Source: Blepharisma stoltei ATCC 30299
Taxonomy: Eukaryota > Protista > Ciliophora
DNA: 64,000 nucleotides
Assembly: GCA_965603825.1 (NCBI GenBank)
Contig: CBFDEM010000046.1
Span: 620,001 to 684,000, forward strand
Direction: 5' to 3'
Shown: positions 60,626 to 64,000 of the stretch, in pieces
Numbering within the stretch: position 1 is the first letter of the stretch
Layout: each line of letters starts with the position of its first letter
Position numbers and translations under genes: made by a program
Notes under the pieces: generated by a model
Told to the model about the DNA's origin: nothing
Database searches by the model: none
The model's input: the letters and a program-made list of their open reading frames with translations, nothing else

Positions 60626-61780
60626 ATGGGAAATGTATGCTGCACAGGGCGAACTCCGAGAAAATCATCATATGAATCTTGTGATGACTTCCAGAAATCA
60701 ATGGAAAAAGCAAAGAATAAGCAACTTTCTAAGTCACAAATAGTGACATCATTGCTAAAGAGAACAAATCTTTTTCCAGAAAAGAAATCTAAAAGAACTG
60801 TTAAAGAAAGAACTGAAGAAGATTTATTAGAAATTTCTCCAATTATAGATGAGGAAAATAAATCAGAGAGAACGTCATCAGAGTATTCACAAGATTCTAT
60901 AATCGAATATGATTTAAATTCTGTAAGCGAGCTCAGCTCAGTTCAACAAAATATGATATACGAAATTCTTGAAAAATATAAAGAAAATTATGGAGAAAAT
61001 CTAGAAGAGCTGGCAGATGGGATTACTGAAGTAACAGAATACACACAAGATTCTTCAGTAATCCGGACGATGATGCTCACAACATTTGCAATTTATTTAT
61101 TTGAACAAGACGATTTTTCAAAAGTAACAAGGAGGATTCAAATTGATACAATTTTATTTTTCTGAATTGCTGAAGGTAGGCTGAGTGTATTATTTCAGGT
61201 AGAACAAGGAAATAATAATGAAGGAAATTTGATTATTTCAAGTCCAAAAATGGAAGATATTCTGAGGGCTATTGAAGATTTAAGCTTTGAGTCCACCAAA
61301 CAGTTTATTCCATGATATACTGAAGGTGCACTAAGCTTACTAAGGCTAAAACGAAATAAAGTCAGCCCTGAAGAGATTTTTTCAAGATTTTATAACCAAG
61401 AAAACATGCTAATTGCAGAAATTTTAATTAAGCACGGGAAAATAGGCGAAAACGTGCTTTATTTTGAGCCGTGCTACAGATACCCTGAATCTTCTGATTT
61501 TTTCGACACATATTTCTTAATGACTGATTTGGCGCTTTATTCCTTAAATATCGACCACAAATTCAAGGTCAGGGTGGCTCTAAATAAAATCACAAAAATA
61601 GGGATCGACCGAAAATATGAAGCAGTTATCATAATTGCAGGAAAATCTGCCTGCATGTGAATGCTTCCGATTTACTATAGTGAATACATTAAAAAAGCAG
61701 TACAAAAACAAGGGAATTTTGGTATAGACGTAGAATGATTTGACGACGATGCCTACTTGAACAGCCGATTTTTGAATTAA
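60626..61780 (+). CDS. Lipid-anchored (MGNVCC) hypothetical protein, possible C-terminal PH-like domain
   Basis: ORFs join through four TGA to TAA at 61778-61780; FLMTDLALYSL..KVRVALNKITKI is PH/TH1-like. Confidence 0.7.
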
Positions 61781-61824
61781 TTTGCTATATTTTTAGCATT
61801 TATAGTAAATAATAAAATTAAAAA

Positions 61825-64000
61825 TTATTTATCGTGGAGCTCTCTATATCCAGGCCACCCAGCTGGGGCACGATTTCCTTCTTCTTTCATAAAATTCAAA
61901 AGTGTTTCACAAGGGCCGTCATGTCCTCCTTTGAGTTTTTGGACATTAGTAAATCCTTCTATCGCCTTATCCCATTTTCCAGCAAAATAATATTCCAATG
62001 CCCTTGTAAATTCTCCTAGAAAAGTTTTCGGGATGTTTTCCTTCATTGCTTTTAAATCAGGGTCATCATTTCATAGTAGGTGGATTGGGTATTCTCCACT
62101 TTTAGCTTGAGACCTTAGCTTATCGCGAGCAATTCTTGCTAAAACTCTGGCTTGCTTGGCCTCTGCGCCGCTTAAAGTAACTTCTGGTACTGGTGTGAGG
62201 GCTTCTAAGTCTAAGTCACATGTAAAAAGTTCTATAGGTTCTTTGCTGCCTTTTACAGTCACCCTATCAATTTTCCTCATATTCGTTTTTGTTACATTTG
62301 AACATATGTGGAACAGCGCGTTACTTATAAGAATTGGCACTCCAAACTGCTTTGTCGCTGCTTCGAGTCTTGAAGCCATGTTTACATTTGGTGAAAGATA
62401 AGAGGCGTCGATCTTAAACTCGCTGCCTATTGCACCTTCTATAGCCCATCCTTGATGAAGCCCGAAGCCCATTTTTACAGAATATCCTGGCATACGGTCA
62501 TTTAAGCCTTGGTGGTCTCGATATTTTAGCACTTTTCCGCTTTTATTTATTTCTGCGATTATTTTTATGAAGCTGATAACTGCCATATCAGCGTACTCTT
62601 TAATTAAAGGGTGTCTTCCTAAAACTCGATTTCCTGGGTTCATTGTATCAGCTTCTATGCATTCTTCTGGAAATTTCCAGCATAATAAAAAGGCGTCACC
62701 TATATTTTTATTCGCAGTCCCTGAATATTTATCAACCAGACTGTGGACTATATACGCAATTTCATTCACAAAAGCCATGACTTCGTTTTGCAGCACTTCT
62801 GTAGTGTCAGTGAAATTTCTTATATCGCAAAACCCAAAAATGCAAATCGTCCGTTTCCCAGCTATCATTGGGTTTACCTCACCTCCACCTTTTTGAATAT
62901 TTGTCGCAATAATTTCAGAACCAGCTTCTCCAAAGCCTAATGCTAGCAAAGCTCCGATTTTTGTAATGGTTTGTTCAAGAAAAGCAGTTTCCATTGGTTC
63001 TTGGTCTTTTTTCTTTTTGTCACTTGAGGTCAGCCCTTTCATGACTTCGTTTTTCTCTTCTTTTTGGGCAGCTTGAAGAGGGTTTTTCGCGATGTTCTGG
63101 ATTTTTTTGATCATGTTTTCCAGAGGGTTTAGAAGCATTTTTTGGGCATCATCTGAAAGCAGCATTGTGGCAGCTGATAAAAGGATGCAGATATAAACAG
63201 TTCGGATGATATTTAGCCCAGCTCCTAGCCGAGATTCATTTCTTATATCAAAAACAGCATAACTTGAATAGTAATAATCGTCAGACATGTTATCCAGATA
63301 CACAGTAGTTTTTTCAACGTCCCTCAAGTCATCTGGACTTATATCTGTTTCCCAGGTCTTCCTATTTGCCACATATAAATAGCATAATGGCAAATATAGT
63401 TTTTTATGTTTTTTAATATAGTTGTTTCAAGCTATCAAAAAGGAGTCATGGTCATGGACAACAGAATTCATAGCTTCTAGTCCATAAGTCCCCGATGTAT
63501 TAGCGTCCACATACAGTGTGGGATAAAATAACGGTAGCATCACCATAATCGAAATAACAAGTATTATGACTCTTTTTGTAGTAATATCGTTTAATTTTTT
63601 TCCGACATTGCTTTCTTGAGGGATCTCGATTTCTTCTGCCAAACTTTCGGTGTCAGAAAAATTTTGACTTGACCCTGCAGAAAAAGAATTTTTTCTGTCG
63701 TCCATTGCAGTTTGATCTTCATGGGATGTAAAAGATTGGGAGGCTGAAGCTTGGCTTCCTTCTTCAATTTCATCAAAACCACGATTTAAATTACGGGGCA
63801 AGTGGATAGCTTCTTCTCCTCTGTATTTTATATTTGTTCGCCTCAGTATTGGACGATTTTTCTTGGCCGCTTCACGAGCTTCTTTAGCGATTTTGTACAG
63901 TTTGGTGATTCTTATGAGTCGGATAACTCGGATAACTCTAATAACCCTGGCAGCTCGGGCTGCTCCTCGAGATGCTTTGCCTGCGCTTGCTATTTTTTTA
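61825..64000 (-). CDS. Alveolate-type adenylyl cyclase fused to a voltage-sensor/ion-channel domain (5' part outside window)
   Basis: S4-like RAARVIRVIRVIRLIR; KIGALLALGFGEAG; FGFCDIRNFTD; KNIGDAFL; GAIGSEFKIDASYLSPNVNMASRLE; C-terminal YFAGKW..DGPC..WPGYREL. Confidence 0.93.

Overview
Gene-dense, AT-rich eukaryotic nuclear DNA from a ciliate, most consistent with a heterotrich macronuclear genome of the Blepharisma type. Three features point there: TGA is read as Trp (TGA and TGG swap between tandem paralogs and TGA sits at invariant Trp positions), genes end only in TAA or TAG, and introns are tiny (mostly 15 nt, GTA...A-x3-AG). The supplied ORF track uses the standard code, so it fragments many genes. 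Re-reading with TGA=W and removing the tiny introns gives about 45 protein-coding genes. These include SDHB, UVRAG-like, a CNG/EAG-type K+ channel, NEK and NDR kinases, m-AAA protease, TTLL glutamylase, dynein LC4, formin, a Myb protein, WIPI/ATG18, BRE1, ISD11, a PZP/PHD protein and a voltage-sensor-fused adenylyl cyclase. Most notable: (1) a tandem array of five zf-PARP + F-box + XPA-like genes plus one interrupted relic, with variation concentrated in the two putative DNA-binding modules; (2) a ketosynthase that has lost its catalytic Cys and first His and carries chain-length-factor-like motifs; (3) a perfect 24-bp TA-bounded palindrome within a cluster of hairpins; (4) an isolated in-frame TAA and an atypical 20-nt intron. 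No rRNA, tRNA, CRISPR array or intact transposon was recognised. All family calls come from manual translation and recalled motifs; no searches were run.
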